From contig JAPDFW010000147.1 of the NCBI GenBank assembly GCA_028826165.1, positions 372,001-436,000 on the forward strand: DNA of 64,000 bases, read 5' to 3'. This DNA comes from Anaeramoeba ignava BMAN (lineage: Eukaryota; Protista; Anaeramoebae). Positions 34,911 through 48,613 of the stretch are shown in pieces (position 1 is the stretch's first letter; the number at the start of each line of letters is the position of its first letter). Below the pieces are notes generated by a model. The model searched no databases, was not told where the DNA came from, and saw nothing but the letters and a program-made list of their open reading frames with translations. Made by a program: the position numbers and the translations under genes.

Positions 34911-35290
34911 CATTTTTCATTTTTTTCATTTTTTTTTGGATTTTATTTTTTTAATTTTTTTTAATTTTTTTGAAAAGGTAAAAAATTTTTAATTTAATAA
35001 ATTTATCCAAAATATAAAATAGAAATTAAAATTATTCAAAATTATTATTTAAAATTATTATTGATTCTTTTATTTTTTGTATTAAAAAAACTAAAAAAAT
35101 AAATTAAAAATAAAAAATAAAAAATAAAAATCTAGAAGAGTTAAAATTAAAGAAATGAAATAAATTATTAATAAAATAATTAAACAAAAAAATTTATTTA
35201 ATTATTCTAAATGAAAAAAAGCTTTAATTTTTTAAAAAAATTTATTAAAGAAAATTTAAATAAAAAAAAATAAAAATAAATAGAAAAAAA

Positions 35291-38200
35291 ATGGAACAAA
35301 TTAAAGAGCAAAAAGAAAAAGAATTTTTTACAAGCTTTTTAAATGGAAATGAAATTTTTGAAATTTGGAAAGAAATTACATCAAAACATTACATTGAAGT
35401 AAAAAAGAAATTTGAATAAAAAAAATATTTAATATTTATAAAAATTATTTAAATTATTTAATTGGGTTTTTTTTAGATTAATGAAAAAATTATGGAATTT
35501 TGTTTATTATTCCAAAATTCATTCCAAAAATGGAATCCAATTCAAACACAATTAAATCAATTAAATGAAAATCAAAATGAAAATCAAAATGAAAATCAAA
35601 ATGAAAAATATTTTGAAATTGAAGAAATTAATGAAGCAATTTCTCAAAAAGAAGCACATCCAATAAAATTTATTCTTTTTATTATAAATTTATTAATTTA
35701 TTCAAAAGATCGAATTAAAGGTTATTATTGTTATTATTATTGCTATTATTATAATTTCAAAAATTGATTTAAAAACAAAAACAAAAAAAACAGAAATGAT
35801 TCAAAATCAAAATGAAAATCAAATTCAAAATGAAAATCAAAATGAAAATGAAAATATTCAAGCACATAAAGATTTAATTTCTTTATCAATTATTTCAATT
35901 ATTTCCAAATCAAAATTTAATCGACAAATTTTATTTGAAAATAGAATTTTTAGAATTATTCAAGATTTATTGGAAATTATAAAACATCTTTTTAAATTAA
36001 TGGGGAATTTAAGAGTAAAACAAAAAACCAAATTTATTTATTTTTTCCTTTTATTAATCATTTATTTTTAAAAACAACAACAAACAAAAAGAAATCAAAT
36101 TCTTCACTTTCAATTTATTATTTAATTGAAATACAATTTATTCTTTCAGAAACTATGGAAATTTTAAAACAATTTTTAAGAGAAAGACAAGTTCTTCCAA
36201 ATGAAAAAATTTTAGAATCATTTAAACAAACAAAAATAATTTCATTATTAATTCGTAAATTTATTTTATTATTATTATTATTAATATTAAAATTAATTTT
36301 TCTTTTAAAAAACAAAATATAAATAGAATGTTTTGAAATTAATTTAAATCTCAGAAAATCATTCATTTTTACAACAAAACAATTTAATATTCAATTAAAA
36401 TTACTTCAAATTTTTGAAAATGGTTATGGATTAAATTTATTATCAGAACAAGAAAAAATTAAATTAATTTTACTTCTTTTATCATTTTTTAAACCTCCAA
36501 ATTTATCATCATCTCTTCCAAATATTGGATTTTCAAATCAAAATGAAATTGAAATTAAAGATTTTTTTCAAACAAATTTCTTTGTATTTGATCCAAAAAT
36601 CAAAAAAGAAGAAAATCCTTTTCTTTTACAAAATCTCAAAACTTTAAAAGGAAATTTAACACTTTTGGAATTTGATCTTCGTTCAACTATTTTCCAATTC
36701 CTTACTAAAATTGTTGAAGAAGAAAATATAAATGAACAAATTATAAACAATAACAATATTTCTTATCTTGGTGATTTTATTCTCTGGATTTCTTATTATT
36801 TTAAAGAAAAATTATCAAAAAACTGGAAAGAAATGATTAACAAAAATAAAAATCAAAATCAAAATCAAATTCAAAATGAAAATGAAATTGAAAATTCAAA
36901 ATCAAAATCAAATTCAAAATCAAAATCAAAATCAAAATCAAATTCAAAATCAAAATCAAAATCAAAATCAAATTCAAAATCAAAATGAAATTCAATTTCA
37001 AAATCAAAATGAAATTCAAAATCAAAATGAAAATCAAAATCAAATTCAAAATCAAAATCAAAATCAAAATCAAAATCAAAATCAAAATCAAAATCAAAAT
37101 CAAAATCAAAATGAAAATCAAATTCAAAATCAAAATCAAAATCAAAAAAAAATTTCAGAAATAAGACTTTATAATAATTATTTGGATACAACTTTTGATA
37201 TACTTAGAAATTTCCAAAAAATTGAAAAATCAAATGAAAACAATTCATCGAAAGAAAATATGAGAAAAGAATTAGATAAATTTACAAATAAAACAAAAAG
37301 AAAAGTTAATAATTTCAAAGAAAGATTTATTTTAATTTATCTTGATTTATTCAAAAATCATGAAAATCAATTCCAAAACCAAATTCAAAACCAAATTCAA
37401 AGCCAAATTCAAAGCCAAATTCAATATCAAATTCAATATCAAATTCAAAATCAAATCCAAAATCAAATCCAAAATCAAATCCAAAATCAAATTGAAAAAG
37501 AAAAATTATCAAGTTCATCTTTAATTCATATTTTATCAAATCAAAAAATTATTCAAATCCAAAAATATATTAAAAATATTTACCCTCAACTTCAAATGTA
37601 TATTTTAATTGAATTTAAGAGAATGATTATTGATGATTATAATGATAAAGAAACTCTTAAATTTTTCCAAAAAAATGGAGGATGGAAAATTTGTTTTTCT
37701 GATTATTTTATCAGAAAAAATTTAAATAATTTAAATGTAACAAAAAACAAAAAGAATTTAATTTGATGATATATTTTTCAATTTCTTAATTCTTTCTTTT
37801 TTTCTTTTTAAATTAGATTAGAGAAAATGAAAAGATTAAATTAAATGAAATGAATTTAGATTTACAAACATTATTAATTGATTTAATGTTTAATGTTCTT
37901 CTAAAATATCAAGATTATTTTGATTATAAATCCTTATTTAATCAAGTTTCCAAAAATGAAAATATAAAATCAAATTTATTTTTATTCAATAGATTTTTAG
38001 AAATGATAATTGAAATTATCAAAATAAATCCTCAAATTTCATCAAACAAAATTACTAAAGTTAAAGGAATTCAAGAAATCCAAAAAATTTTATTTGATTC
38101 AATTAAAAAAAATCAAAATACAACAATGAATTTATGTTTAGAAATTTTAGATTTATTATTTAAAAATACCAATATTGAAATTATTTTCCAAAATGAAGAC

Positions 38201-41200
38201 ATCTTTCGAATTATGATAAAATTATTTAAAAACAAAATTACTCAAAAAATTTCTTTAGTTCATACTCCAAAAATTTTTGAAAAAACAAGAAAAACAAATA
38301 GAGAAAATGAAAATCAATTCATTTCTTATTTAATTCAAAAAATTCTATTCTTAATTCAAGAAATCAATGAAAATGAAAATCAAAATGAAAATGAAAATGA
38401 AAATGAAAATGAAATTAAAAATGAAAATGAAATTAAAAATGAAAATCAAAATGAAAATGAAAATGAAAATCAAAATCAAAATCAAAATCAAAATCAAAAT
38501 CAAAATCAAAATCAAAATCAAAATCAAAATCAAAATCAAAATCAAAATCAAAATCAAAATCAAAATCAAAATGAAATTGAAAATGAAAATGAAATTGAAA
38601 TTGAAAATGAAAATGAAAATGAAAATGAAAATGAAAATGAAAATGAAAATGAAAATGAAAATGAAAATGAAAATGAAAATGAAAATGAAAATGAAAATGA
38701 AAATGAAAATGAAAATGAAAATGAAAATGAAAATGAAAATGAAAATGAAAATAAAATTGTTGAATTTAATGATGTTGAAAAACTTTTTGCAAAATGTTTA
38801 AAATCAATTTCAAAAAATCGAGAGGTTATTCAACAAATAATTTTAAATTCAAAAACATTAAATATTTTCGAATCATTATTGATTGAAAAAGAACGAAAAT
38901 CAATTTATCTTATTTTAAAATTTTTGCAAGAATTAATCAGAAACAATGAAAAATTGATTTATGAATTTCATCGATTAATCCCAAAATCAGAATTTATTAA
39001 CTTACTTTATGAAATAGAAAAAGGAAAACCAACAAAAAAATTATTTCAAATTCTTTTAGATTTAATGATTAATAACGGAAAATTTTCAATAGAAAATAAT
39101 TTTATTATCAGAAATAAAAACATGATAATTATTATTTTACAACTTTATTCTCAAAATTTAATCCAAATTGAAAATCAAAATGAAAATGAAAATCAAAATG
39201 AAAATGAAAATGAAATTGAAAATCAAAATCAAAATGAAAATGAAAATGAAAATGAAAATGAAAATAAAAATGAAAATGAAAATGAAAATGAAAATGAAAA
39301 TCAAAATGAAAATATAAATCAAAATCAAAATCAAAATGAAAATCAAAATCAAAATGAAAATCAAAATCAAAATCAAAATGAAAATCAAAATGAATTTAGT
39401 GAAGTTTTGGAAACATTTAATCAAATTTGTGAAAAATCAATTCATAATATTTATTGTTGTTGTGAAAAAAGAATTATTTCATTTTTACTTAAATTAATTC
39501 CCAAAATTAAAAATTTAAAATTATTTAAACAAATTATTCAATTTATTGGAAAACTTGGAACACATAAATTTCTTGTTTCTGAAATGAAAGAATATTTTTC
39601 TATTTTGAAAGATCAATTAAGAAATAGAAAAAGAAATCAATTTGCAAATTTAATGTTAATTGAATTAAGAAAAATGATCAATCAAAATCAAGATCAAATT
39701 GAAAATCCAATAATTTTTTTTGATTTTTATCAAGAAAACTCAAATATTCAACTTCCAAGTTTTAAAGATTATTTAATTCCCAAAAAATTTAGTTTTGTTA
39801 CTTGGATAAGAATCGAAGATTTTCAAATGAATAATATTTCTTTATCAAAAGAAAAAGATGAAATTTTCTATAGAACCAAAATATTTAGTTTTTTAACAGA
39901 AAATTCAAAAGGAATTGAATTATTTTTGAAATTTAAAAAAGAAAGCAAAAAACCAAAATCATTTATTTACCAAATTTATTCAAATGAAGAAAATCAAGAA
40001 AATCAAATAACTCAAATAATACAAATAAGATTTCCATTTGAAATTGAAATTAAAAAATGGTATTTTTTCGTTTTCACACAAAAATTTAAAAAATCAAATT
40101 CAGAACTTGAAATAACAATTTATTTTGATAGAAATCAACAGAAAACAAAAAAAATCAATTTAAAAAACAAAATTGTAAATGAAAAACAACAATTTATCCA
40201 AAATGAAATTGGATCAAATTTTTCATTTTTAATTCAACACAAAAAATCAAAATCAAAATCAAAATCATTTTATGGACAAATGGGAACAATTTATATTTTT
40301 AAAGAATTTCTTAATGAAAATAAAGTTAAAGCAATTCAATTTCTTGGTGCAAATTATAATTCATTTTTTTATCAAAGTGAATTTTTCAAATATTCAAATT
40401 CAAAATTTGAAAAAGAATTAAAAGAAATTTTCAATGGGAAATTAACTCAAAAAATAATAATTTATCATAATCCAAAAGAAATAATAGAAAAATCATCTTT
40501 AAATAAAAATTCAACAAATATTAACAAAAAATATTCAAAAATAAATAATATCTATTCATTTACAACAACTAATTTACCAGATGTTATTCATTGTTTAGGA
40601 GGAATTGAAACATTTTTTTATTTAATTCTTGAAATTGATGAATTATTTCAAAAAGAAAATGAAGAAGAAATTGAAAATCAAAATCAAAATCAAAATCAAA
40701 ATCAAATTGAAATTGAAAATGAAAATGAAAATCAAATTGAAATTGAAACAAATTTAATTTTTAAACAAATATTAAAAATAATTCAAAATATTATATTAAA
40801 TGATTCATTTTTACAAGAAGAAATGATCCAAAAACAAAAAATTTCATTATTTAGTTTAATACTCAAATCAATTAATTCAAAATATTTCTCAATTCAAATT
40901 TATCATCTTATCAAAAAATTGAAAGAAATTCAAAATGAAAATTTTCAAATACAACTTAAAAATTATTTAATTTTTGATTTTGAAATTTGGAAAAACTTCA
41001 GTTTTGAAATTCAGAAAAAAATTATATTAGAAAATGAAAATGAAAATCAAAATCAAAATGAAATTGAAAAAGAAAATGAAATTGAAAAAGAAAATGAAAT
41101 TCAAAATCAAAATCAAAATCAAAATCAAAATGAAAATCAAAATCAAAATCAAAATGAAATTGAAAATGAAATTGAAAATGAAATTGAAATTGAAAATGAA

Positions 41201-44200
41201 AATGAAAATGAAATTGAAATAATTTATTCACTAAAAACAAAAATATCAGATATCGAAGATATTGAAGAAATAAGCAAAATTACCAAGAATACACAAAATA
41301 TTATAATTTCAAATTTATTAATTATACTGAATTCTTTTGATAAATATTTAAACAAAATACAAAAATCAAATTCATTTCCACAATATTCTAATTTTCAAAA
41401 TCAGTTTGATGAATTATCTCAAAACTTATTCTCAATAATTGAAATTGTTTTTGAACAAATTAAAAATGATATTTCAAAATCAAAATATTTAAAACCTTTG
41501 ATTTCATCATGTTTTCTTTTCAAAACCAAATATTTTATTGAAAAAACACTTGAATTTATTTATAAAATTATCAACAAAAATACAAAACAAAGCTGGAAGC
41601 AATTATTTTCAATTAAATTATTCAAGCCATTCATTCAATTAATGAAAGAAAACAAAAAGAACATGAAAATAATTGAATTATGCCTTGAAATTATTCATTT
41701 TATTGATATCTCTCTTAATGAAAATGAAGAAATAATCGAAATTTTGGAAAAGAAAAAAGGATTTGAAATTGATAAATTGAAAGATCTTTATCCTTTAATT
41801 CACAATATATTGATAAATAATATAAATCAAATCCCAAAAGAAATTGCAGATATTCTTTGTAAAATGATGATTTATGAAAATATTAATGATAAACCAAAAT
41901 CTCCATTTATCCAAAATCCATTTATTTTAGAAACCATTTGCAAAATTTTTAGTCTTTCCCCAAATTTATTTGATATAATAATTTTCCACAAATTATTCGC
42001 TTCAATAGTAGAAAATAATTTGAATAAAGAGAAAATTATTTCACAATATGGTTGGCAAAAATGGTTAAGTTTTGTGATAAATTTAAATTATTCAAATCAA
42101 AATCAAAATCAAAATCAAAATCAAAATCAAAATCAAAATCAAAATCAACTTCAAAATCAAAATCAAAATCAAATTCAAAATCAAAATCAAAATCAAAATC
42201 AAAATCAAAATCAAAATCAAAATCAAAATCAAAATCAAAATCAAAATCAACTTCAAAATCAAAATCAAAATCAAAATCAAAATCAAAATCAAAATCAAAA
42301 TCAAAATCAAAATCAAAATCAAAATCAAATTCAAAATCAAAATCAAATTAAAATTCAAAATCTAAATCAAAAAGATATTAATGAAATGATTTTCAAAATT
42401 TTTAAGTTATTGCTTATTTATTGTTTTCATAATCAATATTATAATTTCCCAGAAATATTTGAAGAATTTCTTTCATCAATTTATTTAGTTCATTTTTCAT
42501 CAACAAACAAAGAAATAATTCCTAAAATAATTAAAAGAGTATTAAATGGTATTTTTGAAGATATTAATATAAATTCAAATTACAAAATTGATAATAATAA
42601 TAATAATAATACTGGTAGATATTTCATAAAATCAGCTTCAACAATAACAAATATTTCAAAAGAAGATTTTTTCAAGAATTTATTTTATTTAATCAAATTA
42701 TTAAATGGAATTGTTTTCAATTTATCAAAAAATGATTTCCAATTTTCAATTCCAGAAAAAAAAACACAAGATAGATTTATTCAAACAACAGTTTCAAATC
42801 ATTTTATAAAAATTCTCAGTATCAAAAATACAAATCAAAATATGAAATCAAGAAACAAAATCAATTTAAATAATATTTTAAAACTTAAATTTGATTTATT
42901 TGGAAAAAGAAAAATTTTACAAAATTTAATTCTAATTTTAAAAAAATTTCAACTTTTCAAAGAAAATCAAAATCAAAATCAAGAAGAAAAAAGAATAATT
43001 TACAAAATTATCATTTTCTTGATTTTTGTAACACTTCCAAAATCAGATATTCAATTAACTAATTTTCTTCTTTCAAAATTAAATGAAATAATCAACAAAT
43101 TAACAAATTTTCAATTAAATCCAATTATAAATTCTCAAGAATTAATTACAATTTGTTTCTCATTTTTATTTTATTATATTCAAAACCAAAATCAAATTCA
43201 GAATCAAATTCAAATTCAAAACAAAAACGAAATTCAAATTCAAAACAAAGATCACAAAAAAGCAAAAAGAAGTATTTTATTAACTTATTCTCAAATGATC
43301 ATGCAAGAAAACTACAATCTATTATTTCGTTTATTTTCAGATCAAAACAAAAAACAAAATTTACTTACTCGAAATTCAAACCGATCATTTGTATTTTTAA
43401 GTAAAGATATCGAAGAATTTGAAGAAGAAATAATGAAAGAAAAATGGAAAAAAGCAGTAAATATTGTTTTCCTTCCAATAAACGAAAAAATTTTGGAAGA
43501 TATTGAAGAAAATGAAAAAGAATTTATTAGAATTCAATCAAACAATATATTTCATTTGAAAAAAATATTTACTCAAAAATTTGAAATTAAACAAAAAGAA
43601 ATTGAAATCATTTCAAACAAAATTGAAAAACAAAAACAAAATCTCATTTCAAAAGAAAAGAAAATTAAAGTTAAAAGAGAAATTAATGAAGAAGAAAATG
43701 AAATTAATTCTTTAAAAGAGTTGAAAAAAATGATTAAAAATTCAAATTTAGAAAAATATCCATGGAGTTCAAATTCAATCAGTATTTTAGATAAAGAATT
43801 TGGAAAACGAAAGCAAAATGAAAATTATTATATTAAACTTTTAGAAATTGAAGATAGAATGAGAAGACAAAAGAAAATCAGATTTTATTCACAAAAAAAA
43901 GATAAACAAGAAAAGAATAAATTGATAAAATTAAATCAAAAAATCAAAACCAAAATAAATCAAATTACAAATCAATTATCACAAATCCAAAATGAAAAAT
44001 TGAAAATTGAAAGAAATAATTTATTTATAACAAACTCTGAAATTATTTCTAAAACCAAAATAACAAAAGGAATATTCCAAATTACAGAAAATTCAATTGA
44101 ATTTAATCTAAAAAAAGAAAAAACAAAGAATTATTTATGGGAAATTGAAATGATTAAATCAATTCATAAAAGAAGATATAATTTCAAACATTCAGGATTA

Positions 44201-46267
44201 GAAATATTTTTTGCAAATGATAGAAAATTTATATTTTTCAATTTTGAAACAATGGAAATAAGAAATGAAATTTATGAAAAAATTCAAAATCACAAATTAA
44301 TAAATATTGATTTAACAAAATATAATTATTCGGGAAATGAGCCAACAAAATGGATTGAAAAAAAGCAAATGATCAAAAAATGGAAAGAAAGAAAAATAAC
44401 TAATTTTGAGTATATTATGTATTTAAACACAGTATCAGGAAGAACATATCGAGACATTTCACAATATCCAATTTTCCCATGGATTATTTCAGATTATGAA
44501 TCTGAAAAAATAAATCTTAATAATCCAAAAATATTTAGAGATTTATCAAAACCTATTGGATCCTTAAACAATAAAATAATAACTTATTTTAAAAAATACC
44601 AAAAAAATGGAAAAGAAAAAGAATTTGATTTTAATTATCAAACATATTTTTCAAATGAAGAAATTGTTTCATCTTATTTGGTTAGATTAGAACCATTTAC
44701 TTCAGTTTGTTTAAGAGAAAAATATCCAATATTTAAATCAATTCCAAAAACATGGAAAAAAATCAAAGAAAAAAATAATTTTATTGGAGAACTTATTCCA
44801 GAATTTTTTCATTTACCAGATTTTTTAAAAAAAGCCAGAATATTTAATCAAAATGAAAATAAAAATGAAATTCCAAATATTGAACTTCCAAAATGGGCTA
44901 AAACAGCAGAAGAATTTATTAAAATGCATAAAGAAGCACTTGAATCAGAATATGTTTCAGAACATCTTGATGAATGGATTGATTTAATATTTGGATATAA
45001 ACAGAAAGGAAAACAAGCCAAAAAATCAAATAACATATTTCATCCAATTTTATATGAAGAAAATAATGATTTTTTAAATTTAGAAGAAGAAAAAATCAAA
45101 AAAGGAATTCAAAGAAAAGGACAAATTCCAATTCAATTATTTACTAAAAAACATCCAAAAAAATTAACAAAAACACAATTAGAACAAAAATATTTTTCAT
45201 CTCCTTTCTCGTTACTTGAATGGAAAAATATTTTATTAGTAAATAAAAATTTAAATTTCAAAAGAAAAATATTTAAATTAAGTTCAAGTCCAATTATATT
45301 TACATATTATTCAGAAATGATTGAAATTATGATTATAGTTGGTGATTTTGATAAAATTATCACATTTGATAAAGAAAGAAATATTGCAAAACATAAATTC
45401 TATATAAATTATTCACATTCAAATACAAAACAACCAGATTTCCAAATTGAAAAAAATGAAGAAAAAATGGATAAAATTGGAGTTCCATTTTCACAAGATT
45501 TCAATAATTTCCAACAATGTTTATCAATGGATAAAGATTCAAGATTTATAATTTCTTGTGGATTTTATGATAATTCTTTCAAAATAATTGATAGTGAAAA
45601 TTTCAAAACAATTCAAAGTATTTCAAAACATATAGATATTGTGAATTGTTCAGAAATTAATTGGAAATATATTGTTACAGGATCAAAAGATACAAGAGTA
45701 ATTGTTTGGGAATTTGATTTAAAAGAAGGGAAAGTGAAAGAAAAACCAAAACATATTTTTTTTGAGCATGAAAAAGAAGTGAAAAGTGTTGCAATATCAA
45801 CTGAATATGATATTGTATTAAGTGGATCTATTGATGGGAAATTAATATTTCATTCATTAAACAAAGGGAAACTTATTAAATCAATAATTTTATCAGATCA
45901 AAAACCAATTTCAATTATAAAAATAAGTAAAGAAGGAAATATTATCACATTTTCAGAAAATTCCAATAAATTAAGATTATTTACAATTAATGGATATTTA
46001 CTAAAAGGAGTTAAATACTCACAAAATATTAATTCTATTTCAATTACTCAAGATTCAAATTTTATAGTTTTAGGAGGAGAAAAAGGAATTCTTGAAATTA
46101 GAAAATTATTTAATTTAAAAACAATTCGAAAAGTTGATTTAAAAGAAAAAATTTATTCAATTTCAATTATTGATAATGCATTTTTGATTATTATTGGATT
46201 AGGAAATGGAGAATTAAGTATTGGGAATTTTGTTGAAAAACGAAAGAGAATTGAAAATCAAAATTAA
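35291..46267 (+). CDS. BEACH-domain/WD40 protein (neurobeachin/Lvs-like), multi-exon 5' region
   Basis: Exons ~35291-35398, 35477-35720, 35794-36014, 36092-36254, 36327-37736 (1-nt indel in the NQ tract ~36893) and 37818-46267. ConA-like [16 protein letters not shown]; PH-like [14 protein letters not shown]; BEACH motifs [36 protein letters not shown] and [25 protein letters not shown]; C-terminal WD40 repeats. Confidence 0.93.
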
Positions 46268-46614
46268 AATTAAAATCAAAATCAAAATCAAAATCAAAAT
46301 CAAAATCAAAATCAAAATCAAAATCAAAACTAAAATTAAAATTAAAATCAAAATTAAAATCAAAATAAAAACTAAAATTAAAATTAAAATCAAAATTAAA
46401 ATCAAAATCAAAATCAAATTTAAAATTTAAAATCAAAATTAAAATTAAAATTAAAATTAAAACTAAAATTAAAATTAAAATCAAATTCAAAATTAAAATC
46501 AAAATCAAAACCAAAATCAAAATTAAAATCAAAATTTGAAATTAAAATCTTTTTTCATTTTTTTCATTTTTCATTTTTCATTTTTCATTTTTCATTTTTC
46601 TTTTCATTTTAAAA

Positions 46615-48078
46615 ATGGAAACTTATTCAAATTTAGAAAAACTTTCAAATGATTTAAAAAATTTATTTCAAAATCAAAATCAAAATCAAAAAGAAGAAGA
46701 AAGTTATTTTGATTTTGAAATAATTTGTGAACAAAATAAAATTTCATTTAAAACTCATAAATCAATTCTTTCTTCAAGAAGTGAATATTTTAAATCTCTT
46801 TTTAAATCCAAAATGAAAGAATATCAAGAAAATAAAATGATTCTAAAAGATGTTTCAAGTTCAATCCTGTCTCCAATTTTGAATTATTTTTATTCAGGAA
46901 AAATTGAAATTAATTCAGAAAATGCAATAGAAATTTTAATTTTTTCATCAAAATATTTAATTGATGAATTAATTGAAATTTGTTCAAATTTTATCAAAAA
47001 GAATTTACAAATTGAAACTGTTGTTGATGTTCTTAAATTATCTGAAACAATGAACTTCAATCAATTATTAGATCCTTCTTATCAATTTATTTTAGAAAAT
47101 TTTAAAGAATTTATCAAAACTTCATTTTTTCTTGAACTTGAAGAAAATCATTTAAATTCAATATTATTAAAAGATGATATTTTAATAAATGAATTTGAAA
47201 TGTTTCAATCAATAATAAAATGGGGGAAACATAAATCAAATGTTAATGAAATTTCAAATCTTTTTGAAAAAATCAGGTTTATTGATTTTACAAAACAAGA
47301 ACTTAAAGATACTTTGAAAGAAGATTTAATTCCAAAGCAAATTTCACAAAAATTAATTCAATTCCAAAATATTCAAGATGAAAAAGAATTAAATCAATTT
47401 ATTGAAAAAGAAAATCAAAATCAAAATTTGTTCCTTTTCAAACCAAGATTCAAATTAGATTCGGAAATTGTTAAAGAAAAAGAGTATATTAAATACCTAA
47501 AAGAATGGATAAATGATGATGATTTCTTTTCCAAAATGAAAAAAGGATTTTCAGCACAAAAAGATGGATTTGATTGCAAAATTTGGCATAATATTTGTGA
47601 TAACAAAGGAAAAACATTAATTATTATCAAAACATCACAAAATTTTATTTTTGGAGGATTTACTCAAGTTGGATTTACAAATGATAAATCGAAATGGAGA
47701 GAAAAAAGCCAAAATCCTGATTCAGATTCAGATTCTGATGCTCCAGATACTGGATATATTCCTGATCCAAATGCATTTCTTTTTTCATTAAGAAATGATA
47801 AAGGGAATAGAAAACCTGAGAAATTTCCAATTAAAAAAGGTGAAGAACAATATGCTGTTGGATATTACTATTCTAGTTATGGTCCAGGTTTTGGAGGAAG
47901 AGGTTATGATTATCCAGATTTAGCTTTGGATGCTGATTTACAACCTGGTTTTACTAATTTTGGTTACAGTTACAAACTTCCTAATGGGATTTTATATGGA
48001 ACAAAAGAAGCTAAAAGTTATTTAGCTGGTTCTTATGATGAATGGGAAGTTGAAGAAATTGAGACTTTTTTCATTTAA
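46615..48078 (+). CDS. BTB-BACK-TLDc domain protein
   Basis: FKTHKSILSSRSEYFKSLF (BTB); BACK-like helices; DGFDCKIWHNICDNKGKTLIIIKT..FIFGGFT and AFLFSL (TLDc). Confidence 0.92.
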   Translation: METYSNLEKLSNDLKNLFQNQNQNQKEEESYFDFEIICEQNKISFKTHKSILSSRSEYFKSLFKSKMKEYQENKMILKDVSSSILSPILNYFYSGKIEINSENAIEILIFSSKYLIDELIEICSNFIKKNLQIETVVDVLKLSETMNFNQLLDPSYQFILENFKEFIKTSFFLELEENHLNSILLKDDILINEFEMFQSIIKWGKHKSNVNEISNLFEKIRFIDFTKQELKDTLKEDLIPKQISQKLIQFQNIQDEKELNQFIEKENQNQNLFLFKPRFKLDSEIVKEKEYIKYLKEWINDDDFFSKMKKGFSAQKDGFDCKIWHNICDNKGKTLIIIKTSQNFIFGGFTQVGFTNDKSKWREKSQNPDSDSDSDAPDTGYIPDPNAFLFSLRNDKGNRKPEKFPIKKGEEQYAVGYYYSSYGPGFGGRGYDYPDLALDADLQPGFTNFGYSYKLPNGILYGTKEAKSYLAGSYDEWEVEEIETFFI

Positions 48079-48244
48079 AAACTAAAACCAAAAAAAAAGA
48101 AAAAAACTAAAAGCAAAAAATGAAAGTGGAATTTTTTTTTTAATTAATTGGGAAAAGAAAAATTAAAAAAGAAAAATTAAAAAAGAAAAAATTAAAAAAG
48201 AAAAAATTAAGAAAAATTTTTTTCGACTTTTTTTTTGGATCAAA

Positions 48245-48613
48245 TTAGAAAAAAACCAAAGAAAGAATCATTAAAAGACCCAAAACAACACTTTGAATTG
48301 GTGCATCAGAGCTTATTGGATAGCATTTTCCTGCTTGCATTACTATTCCTTCAGCATTTCCTGAACAATCAGAAGTAGTTTGATAATAATAAACTGTAGT
48401 TGCATTTGTTGATTCTAATGAGCCTTGAGAAGAACTTGATAAACTATCTCCTGTCAAATTCAAGCATTGATTAGCAACCATATTCAATGCTCCTTCTAAA
48501 TTAGTGCAAGCATTATCATTGTAAACATTAAGGGTTGTGTTTGTTGTTGTTTTGAAGGAATCACAAAAAGCAAATGCTAAAAGAGCAAATAAAACAAAAA
48601 TTTTGAAATTCAT
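48245..48613 (-). CDS. Small secreted, probably GPI-anchored cysteine-containing surface protein
   Basis: ATG 48613; signal peptide MNFKIFVLFALLAFAFC; two Y-x-C...M-x-A-x-x-C units; SSDA followed by a hydrophobic tail with no cytosolic residues. Confidence 0.75.
   Translation of the reverse strand: MNFKIFVLFALLAFAFCDSFKTTTNTTLNVYNDNACTNLEGALNMVANQCLNLTGDSLSSSSQGSLESTNATTVYYYQTTSDCSGNAEGIVMQAGKCYPISSDAPIQSVVLGLLMILSLVFF

Noticed and set aside
30515-46300. TAA/TAG reassignment to Gln, suggested by AATCAA/AATTAA alternation
   Set aside because: Multi-kb ORFs contain no in-frame TAA or TAG, and conserved genes end at TAA at the expected positions.
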